NCBI RefSeq assembly: GCF_000023965.1
Contig: NC_013202.1
Coordinates: forward strand, 1,830,001 to 1,862,000
DNA from: Halomicrobium mukohataei DSM 12286
GTDB lineage: Archaea > Halobacteriota > Halobacteria > Halobacteriales > Haloarculaceae
Length of the DNA: 32,000 nt
Reading direction: 5' to 3'
Part shown: one piece after another, positions 24,758 through 32,000 of the stretch
Layout: every line of letters starts with the position of its first letter
Position numbering within the stretch: the stretch's first letter is position 1
Position numbers and translations under genes: made by a program
The notes under the pieces: generated by a model
Told to the model about the DNA's origin: nothing
Databases searched by the model: none
What the model saw: the letters and a program-made list of their open reading frames with translations, nothing else

Positions 24758-24855
24758 CCCCGGTCATCCGTCTCGTCGGCGCGATACTGCCGGCCGGAAC
24801 GCTGCGTCTCGCTTCTCGACCGTGGGTGGGAACACCGCGCGAGAGTATGAGGAAA

Positions 24856-24866
24856 GCCTTATTCGG
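24856..24866 (+). promoter_or_regulatory. BRE/TATA-like element (gaaaGCCTTATTCGG) for the drg-type GTPase gene
   Basis: Centred about 29 nt upstream of the ATG at 24890. Confidence 0.35.
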
Positions 24867-24889
24867 AACCGAGGGCGGATATACTGTTG

Positions 24890-25996
24890 ATGGGGCTCGA
24901 AGAGGAGATCCGCGAGATCGAAGAGGAAATCGCCAGCACGCCCTACAACAAGTCTACAGAGGCTCATATCGGCCGGCTCAAGTCCAAGCTCGCGGAGAAA
25001 AAGGAGAAGCTCGAACAGCAAGACTCCTCGGGCGGTGGCGGCGGCTACGCCGTCGAGAAACACGGCGACGCCACCGTCGCGCTCGTTGGCTTCCCGAGCG
25101 TCGGGAAGTCGACGCTGTTGAACGCCCTCACGAACGCCGAGAGCGAGACGGGTTCCTACGAGTTTACGACGCTCGACGTGAACCCCGGCATGCTCCAGTA
25201 CCGCGGGGCCAACATTCAGATGCTGGACGTGCCCGGACTGATCGAGGGTGCGGCCGCCGGCAAGGGCGACGGCCAGGCCGTGCTCTCGGTCGTCCGGACC
25301 GCGGACCTGATCGTGTTCGTCCTGTCGGTGTTCGAGATCGACCAGTACCAGCGTCTCAGCGACGAACTGTACAAGAACAAGGTCCGCGTCGACCGATCGC
25401 CGCCGCGGGTCTCGATCCGCCGCAAGGCCAAGGACGGGCTCTCGATCAACGCCAGCGTCGATCTCGATCTCGACGAGGAGACGATCAAGGGCGTCCTCCG
25501 CGAGCACGGCCACGTGAACGCGAACGTCACGATCGGCGAGCAGGTCGACATCGACCGGCTCATCGACGGCGTGATGGACAACCGCGTCTACGTCCCCTCT
25601 GCCGTCGTCGTCAACAAGGCAGATCTCATCGAGCCCGACTACAAGGAGACCGTCGACGCGCAACTGCGCGAGTACGACGTCGATCCCGACGACGCCGTGT
25701 TCATCAGCGCCGTCGAAGAGCGTGGACTGGACGCGCTCCGCGAGCGGATCTGGGAGGAACTCGGACTCATCCGGATCTACATGGACAAGCCCGGTCGGGG
25801 CATCGACAGGGACGAGCCGCTGATCCTCCGGCGGGGCCAGACCGTTGAAGACGCCTGCGAGAAGCTCGGCGGCGACTTCGAGGAGCGCTTCCGCTTCGCT
25901 CGCGTGAGCGGCCCGAGCGCCATGCACGAGGAACAGCAGGTCGGCCAGGACCACGAACTCGAAGACGAGGACGTGCTGCGGATTCTCACGGAGTGA
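24890..25996 (+). CDS. DRG/Rbg-family (OBG-HflX-like) GTPase with a C-terminal TGS domain
   Basis: ATG at 24890 (the track start at 24887 is TTG). G1 motif GFPSVGKST, G3 motif DVPGL, G4 motif NKAD. N-terminus MGLEEEIREIEEEIASTPYNKSTE is typical of archaeal Drg. Confidence 0.88.
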   Translation: MGLEEEIREIEEEIASTPYNKSTEAHIGRLKSKLAEKKEKLEQQDSSGGGGGYAVEKHGDATVALVGFPSVGKSTLLNALTNAESETGSYEFTTLDVNPGMLQYRGANIQMLDVPGLIEGAAAGKGDGQAVLSVVRTADLIVFVLSVFEIDQYQRLSDELYKNKVRVDRSPPRVSIRRKAKDGLSINASVDLDLDEETIKGVLREHGHVNANVTIGEQVDIDRLIDGVMDNRVYVPSAVVVNKADLIEPDYKETVDAQLREYDVDPDDAVFISAVEERGLDALRERIWEELGLIRIYMDKPGRGIDRDEPLILRRGQTVEDACEKLGGDFEERFRFARVSGPSAMHEEQQVGQDHELEDEDVLRILTE

Positions 25997-26155
25997 CGGA
26001 TGGACCGACGCCTCGGCGCGATCTTGATTCAGCGAGAGAATCCCGCCGTTCACGGCAGGCGTGAATCGCGTAAGCTCTGTGAGACAATCTTTGTGATTGT
26101 TGCCGACTGAATACGTAACATAAGTATTTAGTGGGACAAAAATGTACAAATTCTT

Positions 26156-26299
26156 GTGCGAACAGAGATAGATGTGGAGCGCGGTGGCGACCTGCATGAG
26201 CGGATCAAAGAGTACGCTCGTGAGAATGGTATCCGCCATCCGCGTGCTTACCGTGAGCTCATCGAACAAGGGTTAGAGACGGATGGAAACGACGACTAA
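26156..26299 (+). CDS. putative ribbon-helix-helix (CopG-like) micro-protein, 47 aa, overlapping the tnpB start
   Basis: GTG at 26156, about 29 nt after a TATA-like box (AGTATTTA, 26123-26130). Protein VRTEIDVERGGDLHERIKEYARENGIRHPRAYRELIEQGLETDGNDD has a strand-helix-helix pattern. No ATG start and below the ORF-track length cut-off. Confidence 0.35.
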   Translation: MRTEIDVERGGDLHERIKEYARENGIRHPRAYRELIEQGLETDGNDD

Positions 26300-27539
26300 G
26301 ACGCTCGAAGCCACGCTTGTCCCGCCGACAGCACACAAAGAGCGGAAACTGTGTGACCTGCTCGAAACCTACCGGGAGGGGCTTCACGAGGCGTTCGACG
26401 CCAGGTGTGACACGATGAGCGCAACCAGCGATGTGGTGACGCCTTACGACCTGCCGTATCAGGCGAAAGCGGCGCTGTGCAACTACGTCCCGCAACTTCA
26501 CAACACCTACGACGCTCAAGAGTTAGACGATGACCACCCGGTTCGGCTCACCAACCAAGCCGCCGAGTTTGACCACTCTCCGGCGCGTGACTACGAGTTT
26601 ACGTGGTGGGCACCACAACCCGGTCGTGGGACGAATTTCTGGATACCGCTTCGTATCAATCCCGAACAGGAGGATCTGTGGCACGACCTCGTAGATGGGA
26701 ACGCTTCGGCAGGCCAACTCCGCCTGCAACGGAACCGCACATCGTGGACGTTACACGTCACTGTCGAGTTTCCGGTCGAAGAACCCGACTACGCGACGGA
26801 CGGCGACGACGTGACGCACATCGGTCTGGATATTGGTGAAACTGCCCTGATAACGGGCTGTGCCCTCAAGGACGGTTCACCAACTGGCCCGTTCGTGTGT
26901 GACGGGAGCCGTGCGAAGCATCTCCGCAAAGAGATGCACACCACCCTGAAACGACTCCAAGAGCGAGACGCCGTCGAGTGGCGGATTGACGAGCGATTCA
27001 ACCACTACCAGAACGCGCTTACCGATATTGTCGAGAAGGCGTCTCGGCAGGCCGTCGAGTACGCCCGGCAATTCGAGAAGCCGGTGCTGGTAATGGAGAA
27101 CCTGACGTACATCCGCGAAGAATTGGACTACGGTTCGTACATGAACCGGCGACTCCATGCGTGGGCGTTCGCTCGATTACAGAACCGCGTCGAGGACAAA
27201 TCGAAAGAGGCCGGTATCCCGGTCGAATACGTCCGACCGGAGTACACCAGCCAGACGTGCCACGCCTGCGGCCACATCGGAAACAGAGCCGCGCAAGCCA
27301 CGTTCCGGTGTACCAACGACGAGTGTCACATCACGGAGTTTCAGGGCGATATAAACGGCGCAATCAACGTTGCACAACGGGCTGACCCGTGGGGAGAGAG
27401 CGTGCCGCTGAAACCGGCAGGCAATGACTCGCCTCGGGATGGGAGTGCCTGTGACAGCACCACGACCCACACCAAGCAGAGCCAACCACGGCAGATGACG
27501 CTTAGCGAGGTCGGGTCGGAACCCACTGCCGGTAGTTGA
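26283..27539 (+). CDS. tnpB: TnpB (IS1341-type RNA-guided endonuclease or transposase accessory protein)
   Basis: 418 aa. RuvC-like residues lie in IGLDIGETAL, VLVMENLT and GDINGAINVA. Zn-ribbon CHACGH...CTNDECH. The gene appears intact. Confidence 0.88.
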   Translation: METTTKTLEATLVPPTAHKERKLCDLLETYREGLHEAFDARCDTMSATSDVVTPYDLPYQAKAALCNYVPQLHNTYDAQELDDDHPVRLTNQAAEFDHSPARDYEFTWWAPQPGRGTNFWIPLRINPEQEDLWHDLVDGNASAGQLRLQRNRTSWTLHVTVEFPVEEPDYATDGDDVTHIGLDIGETALITGCALKDGSPTGPFVCDGSRAKHLRKEMHTTLKRLQERDAVEWRIDERFNHYQNALTDIVEKASRQAVEYARQFEKPVLVMENLTYIREELDYGSYMNRRLHAWAFARLQNRVEDKSKEAGIPVEYVRPEYTSQTCHACGHIGNRAAQATFRCTNDECHITEFQGDINGAINVAQRADPWGESVPLKPAGNDSPRDGSACDSTTTHTKQSQPRQMTLSEVGSEPTAGS

Positions 27540-27624
27540 CCGGTATTCCCATGTAGGGAAGCCGCGCCGTCATCGGGCTACGCCCGACTGCTTGAGGGAT
27601 CTTCGATCCCTCTCCGTTCACGGC
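27400..27624 (+). ncRNA. putative TnpB omega/right-end RNA scaffold (extent guessed)
   Basis: By analogy with characterised TnpB systems, the guide RNA scaffold overlaps the tnpB 3' end and the IS right end. A perfect 8-bp hairpin at 27594-27612 is present. No direct evidence of transcription. Confidence 0.25.
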
Positions 27625-27671
27625 GCGGAGGATGTCACCTCGGTGCCGTCGCCAGCGCCCTCGCTGGGCGT

Positions 27672-27869
27672 GTGCTGGGCCGCGAGGACCGCCGCGTGAC
27701 CGACGGACTGCTCTTGCTCGCCGGACTGACCCAGCTGTCGCTCGCACACGGCTTCGCTCGCCAGCCCGGCCGCTTCGCGATCCCGCTGGGGACGGTGTTC
27801 TGTGTCGCCGTCGTCTGGTGGTTCGACTGGTCGACGGTCCGCGCCGGTGTCGGGCTGTCATCGGAGTGA
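27672..27869 (+). CDS. possible small membrane protein (65 aa, 2 TM)
   Basis: GTG start. Very high GC3, two hydrophobic segments (GLLLLAGLTQLSLAHGFA; FAIPLGTVFCVAVVWWFDW). The competing frames are Arg-rich. Confidence 0.35.
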   Translation: MLGREDRRVTDGLLLLAGLTQLSLAHGFARQPGRFAIPLGTVFCVAVVWWFDWSTVRAGVGLSSE

Positions 27870-27913
27870 CGGCTGGCACTAGGCTTTTCGGCTCGCACCC
27901 TCTTCGTTCGCAC

Positions 27914-28666
27914 ATGGGACTGACCCTCGACCACACGATGATCCGCGTCGAAGATCTCGACGAATCGCTCGACTGGTACACCACACACCTCGGTTACGAG
28001 GAGAAGGGTCGCTGGGAGGCCGAGACGTTCACCAACGTCTTCCTCGGTCCCGAGGACGTACACGAGGACGGTGCCCTGCTGGAACTCACGTACAACCACG
28101 ACGGGCGCACGTACGAAATGGGCGACGCCTGGGGTCACATCGCGGTCCGCGTCGGGGACGTGACCGAGGCCTACCACGAGCTGATGGACGAGGGCGTCGA
28201 AGACTACCGCCCGCCCGAGGAAAACCCCGGCTACGCCTTCGTGAAAGACCCCGACGGCCACGAGATCGAGATCGTCGAACGCGACCACGGCGCACGCTAC
28301 AGCCTCGATCACACGATGCTCCGCGTTGAGGACGCCGACGCTGCGATCGGCTGGTACGCCCGCAAGCTGGGCTTCGAGCCCGCCGGGCGCTGGGAGGCCG
28401 ACACCTTCGCGAACTACTTCATGGCCGACCCCGACGCCGCCCAGGAGGCGATGACCGTCGAACTCACGTACAACTACGACGGGCGCACGTACGAGATGGG
28501 CGACGCGTGGGGCCACATCGCAGCCCGCGCCGACGACCTCGAAGACGCGTGGGAGTCGCTGATGGTTCGTGAAGCCGAGGAGTACCGCGACCCCGAATCC
28601 TGTGACTACAACTACGCGTTCACGAAAGACGCCGACGGCCACGAAGTCGAGATCGTCACGTCGTAA
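27914..28666 (+). CDS. two-domain VOC/glyoxalase I-family protein (lactoylglutathione lyase-like)
   Basis: ATG at 27914. Two tandem homologous halves each contain LDHTM(I/L)RVED and DGRTYEMGDAWGHIA. The second motif is encoded by near-identical 45-nt stretches around 28100 and 28478. Confidence 0.8.
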   Translation: MGLTLDHTMIRVEDLDESLDWYTTHLGYEEKGRWEAETFTNVFLGPEDVHEDGALLELTYNHDGRTYEMGDAWGHIAVRVGDVTEAYHELMDEGVEDYRPPEENPGYAFVKDPDGHEIEIVERDHGARYSLDHTMLRVEDADAAIGWYARKLGFEPAGRWEADTFANYFMADPDAAQEAMTVELTYNYDGRTYEMGDAWGHIAARADDLEDAWESLMVREAEEYRDPESCDYNYAFTKDADGHEVEIVTS

Positions 28667-28706
28667 GGCTGTGCCAAGGCGGCGATCTCCTCGCCCTTTC
28701 TTTCAC

Positions 28707-28790
28707 ACGGAAATTTGCAGGTCTTTGCCAGATCGACCGCACGCCGTCGTGCGGTCGGCTGGGTAAACGCCCACAACCGTCCGTATCAGG
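28707..28790. repeat. 84-nt structured intergenic repeat, copy B
   Basis: Aligns base-for-base with 14943-15026 (10 mismatches, no gaps). Central hairpin GACCGCACG-ccgt-CGTGCGGTC. The 3' end overlaps the stop codon of the toxin gene. Confidence 0.8.
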
Positions 28791-29127
28791 GAACGAGCGA
28801 GATCAGCGACTTCTTGAGGAGTGTTCGACCCTCCTGGGTAAGCTCTCCCTTCGTCGCGCCGTTCAGTACCGTCGCCGGTGGGATCGTGTACAGCGCCCAG
28901 GGCATCAGGTACGACGCGTTACCGAACGAAATCCCATCGAGATGCTTTTCGGTGAGTTCCGGCGTGGTCTGGTGGTATTTTCCGGCACTCGTTCCGATGC
29001 ACATCACGGTGCAATCGGTGGCGCTGAACGGGTGCGTCTCGTGGGCCAGGACGACGACCGGACGCTGAGAGTGGGCTTCTGTCGGATCCTGTGCCCAGCA
29101 AACGTCGCCCGCTGATAGCTTACTCAT
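28786..29127 (-). CDS. PemK/MazF-like toxin (type II TA)
   Basis: 113 aa. N-terminal GDVCWAQDP...RPVVVL pattern, a central (C)IGTS segment in place of the family P(I/L)TS, and length typical of the MazF/PemK SH3-like fold. Overlaps the upstream regulator gene by 8 nt. Confidence 0.6.
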   Translation of the reverse strand: MSKLSAGDVCWAQDPTEAHSQRPVVVLAHETHPFSATDCTVMCIGTSAGKYHQTTPELTEKHLDGISFGNASYLMPWALYTIPPATVLNGATKGELTQEGRTLLKKSLISLVP

Positions 29128-29530
29128 TCACGCCAGGGTCGTCTTCGAGTGCTTCGAGCTCTGCTTCGAGCTCCTCGTCGGTACGACCGTCGCCGATCTG
29201 TCGCTGGGGTTGCTCGGGCTCGGCGTCCGCATCACGATGATGACCGAACAGCCGATTCGCCTGACCGAGGCTGGAGACGTACCGCCGAACGTCGGCCCGT
29301 TCGCCGAGTGCGTGATAGTACCCGTCGTCGGTCTTTCCGACGAAGCCCTCGTCGTAGAGACGCTTGAGCGTGGCCGTAGCGGTACCGCGAGGGATCTCCA
29401 GCGCGTCCGCGATCTCTCGTGGGGCATATCCCCATTCGGGGTTTCGATAGAGGTGTGCCACGATGTCTGACTTCGTGGTCCCCGGCCGGAGGTCGATCTC
29501 GGCGTCGTGATCTTCGAGGAATACGGGCAT
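29120..29530 (-). CDS. winged-helix (MarR/TrmB-like) DNA-binding protein, putative antitoxin
   Basis: 136 aa. The wHTH pattern is KSDIVAHLYRNPEWGYAPREIADALEIPRGTATATLKRLYDEGFVGK, with an acidic C-terminal tail. A 10-bp palindrome TAATCGATTA overlaps its TATA region around 29545-29560. Confidence 0.6.
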   Translation of the reverse strand: MPVFLEDHDAEIDLRPGTTKSDIVAHLYRNPEWGYAPREIADALEIPRGTATATLKRLYDEGFVGKTDDGYYHALGERADVRRYVSSLGQANRLFGHHRDADAEPEQPQRQIGDGRTDEELEAELEALEDDPGVNE

Positions 29531-29780
29531 CGTGTAACCGTATGTAATCGATTATAGCGTAAAACCGCTGCGGTCAGTCGGCGAGATCGGTCGGTGTCTG
29601 CGGTCTCTGCACGACCGACACACCTCACGATTGCGCGTCCATCGCTCGCACGAGGAAGATGTCGTCTCCCGTAGGACCGCAAAGCAGCCACGAATCGACG
29701 CCGCCGCCTGAACGACAATTCCGCCGATATCGGCCGCGACAGGCCGTGAGTATGTGTGTCATCCTCCCGCGAGTGACCAC

Positions 29781-29793
29781 AAAGCATTTATAA
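29781..29793 (+). promoter_or_regulatory. strong BRE/TATA element (AAAGCATTTATAA) upstream of the surface glycoprotein gene
   Basis: Near-consensus haloarchaeal BRE plus TATA, about 140 nt upstream of the ATG at 29934. This implies a 5' UTR of about 110 nt. Confidence 0.5.
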
Positions 29794-29933
29794 CACCCGA
29801 CTAACGTTTTGACTGTACCCCTACCCATGGTGTCAGTAACGAGTATCCCGGTTCGGTCTGTACGCGGTTCGCCACAAGAGCCGCGTCCGACAGGGAGAAA
29901 GCTGCTGGCTCCGATTGCAACAGACAACAAACT

Positions 29934-32000
29934 ATGACAGGAACTAACGATAAGGTTCGCAGCCTGTTCCTCTCTGCGCTGATGGTCATGTCCGTCGTCG
30001 CGATGGGCACGGCTTTCACTGCAGGAGCAGTTGCGGACACTAGCGGTAATGCGACTGTCGAAAGCCTCGAGGTTACGCAAAACCGCGTCCTCGAAGCTGA
30101 CGACTCTCGTAGTAGCGACATTCAAACACAGACCGTCGAATTCGACGCATATCTCGAATCCGGCGACACGGAAGAGATCACGATCGACACGGCCGACGCT
30201 GAAGACAACGGCCTGACGATCGACGACGTTTCCGTCGACGGCTCCACGTCTAGCGACGTTTCCGTCGAGGACGTCGACTTCGACGACGACCAGATCACCT
30301 TCGATCTGAGCGAGGACGCCGGTGGCTCCACGGTCAATGATGCCACCGTCGCCCTCAACGTCGACTTCGACGTGAGTGACGGTGAGAACGCAAACCGTCT
30401 CGAACACGTCGTCACGGCAACTGGTGACGACGGGTCCACGACGCTCTCCCCGGTCACCGCCACGTACAAGATTGCCGGCGATTACTCGAAGACCGTCAAC
30501 GGCGAGGATTCGGTCTTCGCTGGTGAGACGATCCGATTCACCCCCGGTGCCGAAAACACCCAGATCGAGGTCTACACGACCGACGACGAGGGTGCTCCGA
30601 CGAACAACCGTGTTGCAAACTTCAACACGGCGTTCGACACCGCGATCAACTTCGACACGTCGAACCTCGACACTGGCGAGACGTACAACGTTCAGATCAG
30701 TGGCAGTGGTGTCACCGATACTGACTACGATCTCGCTGTCAACGACCTCGGCCTCGACGCCGAAGCACGTGACACGCAGATCTCCACGGAAGACCGCATC
30801 GTCGCGGACATCACGTCGAACGCGAACCTCGACGACCCGTGGACGGCTACGCTCCTCGACAGCGACGGTGAGGCCGTCGAGGACGACAACGGTGATGCAA
30901 TCGAACGAACTGGTAGCTTCTCCGGCTCCGGTGCAGCAACCGTTCGATTCACCGCTCCGACCGACTCTGACCACTACGGCACTGGCAACTACTCGGTCGA
31001 AGTCACGCACGACGACACCGGCATCACGTCGGAAACCGACTCGATCGAAGTCTCGGAAGCCGGTGACGGCGACGTCTCCTTCGCTGGCGACGGCGTCTTC
31101 ACCGAAGAAGCCGGTGACGTCGCGAACGTCACGGTCGAGATGACCAACACCGACGAAGCGACGGTCACCATCGGTACCGAAGATCAGGGTTACTACATCG
31201 TCTACCAGGTCTCTGACGAGAGCGGTGACGGTCAGGTCTCCCTCGAATTCAACAGCTACACCGCAGGCCGCACGTCCCAGGACAACGTCGTCAGCGTCGC
31301 TAACTCTGACGACGAGATCGAGTTCCTCACGCAGGGTGGCGACTTCACCAACACCTCCGAGGCTGTCGGCTCCGACACCCTCGACCCGACGGAATACGAG
31401 ATGAACGCTTCCGTCGGCCACGTCGACATGGGCACCGACGACTACACTGACTCCGACGCGCTCGGCTCGCTCTCGCTGCAGCCGCGCTCGACCGACGGCA
31501 TGCAGTCGTGGGTCACGCCGAAGGGCACCGACATCAGCGACCTCAGTGATGACGTTGGCAACATCTACGACGAGATCGGCTCGTCGATCACCGAGTCCGG
31601 CGAAGTCGCCTACGACGACGGTGACGCCGACGGCGACACCGTCATCCTCCAGCTCGAAGCTGGCGGTATCGAGGGTGCCATCGACCACGCAAATGGTCTG
31701 AAGACCCTCATCGACAACAACCAGGACAACGACGACGATGAAGCGATCGACCTCACGATCGAGCAGACCAACGAGGATGCAAACCGGAACGCAAAGACGC
31801 TCGACTTCGTGAACGACGACGCGATCTCGGTCATCGAAGACCCCGAGAACAACTCGTACTTCATCGCCGTTGAGCTGTCGAAGGTCGACCAGCCGACCCG
31901 CGACCTCGCGGAAGGCGACAACTTCGAGGCGACATTCACCATCGAGGACGACAACGTCCTCAACACGATCGACGACAACGAGGAAGTCACCAGTGACTTC
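29934..32000 (+). CDS. secreted acidic cell-surface (S-layer-like) glycoprotein, N-terminal 689 aa; continues past the window end
   Basis: ATG at 29934 and open to base 32000. Signal peptide MTGTNDKVRSLFLSALMVMSVVAMGTAFTAGAVA resembles haloarchaeal S-layer glycoprotein leaders. Extremely D/E/T-rich with N-x-S/T sequons (NAT, NVT, NTS, NAS). It is absent from the ORF track because it has no stop in the window. Confidence 0.75.
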   Translation, partial: MTGTNDKVRSLFLSALMVMSVVAMGTAFTAGAVADTSGNATVESLEVTQNRVLEADDSRSSDIQTQTVEFDAYLESGDTEEITIDTADAEDNGLTIDDVSVDGSTSSDVSVEDVDFDDDQITFDLSEDAGGSTVNDATVALNVDFDVSDGENANRLEHVVTATGDDGSTTLSPVTATYKIAGDYSKTVNGEDSVFAGETIRFTPGAENTQIEVYTTDDEGAPTNNRVANFNTAFDTAINFDTSNLDTGETYNVQISGSGVTDTDYDLAVNDLGLDAEARDTQISTEDRIVADITSNANLDDPWTATLLDSDGEAVEDDNGDAIERTGSFSGSGAATVRFTAPTDSDHYGTGNYSVEVTHDDTGITSETDSIEVSEAGDGDVSFAGDGVFTEEAGDVANVTVEMTNTDEATVTIGTEDQGYYIVYQVSDESGDGQVSLEFNSYTAGRTSQDNVVSVANSDDEIEFLTQGGDFTNTSEAVGSDTLDPTEYEMNASVGHVDMGTDDYTDSDALGSLSLQPRSTDGMQSWVTPKGTDISDLSDDVGNIYDEIGSSITESGEVAYDDGDADGDTVILQLEAGGIEGAIDHANGLKTLIDNNQDNDDDEAIDLTIEQTNEDANRNAKTLDFVNDDAISVIEDPENNSYFIAVELSKVDQPTRDLAEGDNFEATFTIEDDNVLNTIDDNEEVTSDF

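Larger units (their letters stand above)
26046..27624 (+). mobile_element. IS200/IS605-family, IS1341-type element (tnpB only, no tnpA); boundaries approximate
   Basis: Contains tnpB. An 11-nt direct repeat CCGTTCACGGC lies at 26046-26056 and 27614-27624. Subterminal hairpins: TTCACG-gcagg-CGTGAA (26049-26065) and GAGGGATC-ttc-GATCCCTC (27594-27612). By eye the GC content is lower than in the flanks. Confidence 0.55.

Noticed and set aside
24764-26269. 501-aa minus-strand ORF opposite the DRG GTPase gene
   Set aside because: Arg/Val/Leu-rich with no motifs. The plus strand carries clear G1-G4 GTPase motifs. It is a typical high-GC antisense ORF.
14943-28790. Idea that the two 84-nt direct repeats delimit a 13.8-kb genomic island
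   Set aside because: The interval contains a universally conserved housekeeping gene (the DRG GTPase) and no integrase or conjugation genes. The repeats are hairpin-type elements at gene 3' ends. A dispersed repeat family is more parsimonious.
29625-31688. 687-aa minus-strand ORF
   Set aside because: It is the antisense shadow of the surface glycoprotein gene. GAC/GAG-rich sense codons give stop-free GTC/CTC antisense codons. The product is a Val/Arg/Gly-rich low-complexity string with no signal or motif, whereas the plus strand encodes a signal peptide and a coherent acidic glycoprotein.

Overview
High-GC haloarchaeal chromosomal segment, judged from very acidic proteins, a split nuoJ, TATA boxes about 30 nt upstream of start codons, and many Arg-rich antisense shadow ORFs. 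In order, the window holds: (1) the distal half of the complex-I-like nuo operon (nuoH partial, I, J1, J2, K, L, M, N) and a convergent MBL-fold hydrolase. (2) tRNA-Val(CAC), followed by an array of duplicated tRNA 3'-end fragments. (3) Two conserved hypotheticals, a TauE/SafE permease and a three-gene ABC importer of the ThiB/FbpA type. (4) An AIR-synthase-related protein, then a convergent GH68 fructosyltransferase and GH32 fructosidase pair. (5) A divergent five-gene locus: zinc-ribbon micro-protein, actin-fold ATPase and orphan ArlD/E(FlaD/E)-domain protein on the minus strand, facing an ATGA-coupled ParA-type ATPase and CheW-domain protein on the plus strand. I rate this locus the most interesting candidate for an uncharacterised positioning or cytoskeletal system. 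(6) A DRG-family GTPase. (7) An IS1341-type TnpB element with a small upstream RHH-like ORF. (8) A two-domain glyoxalase, and a PemK-like toxin with a wHTH antitoxin. (9) The 5' two-thirds of a large secreted acidic surface (S-layer-like) glycoprotein. An 84-nt structured intergenic repeat occurs twice, at about 14.9 kb and 28.7 kb. All functional calls rest on motif recognition by eye; no database searches were run.
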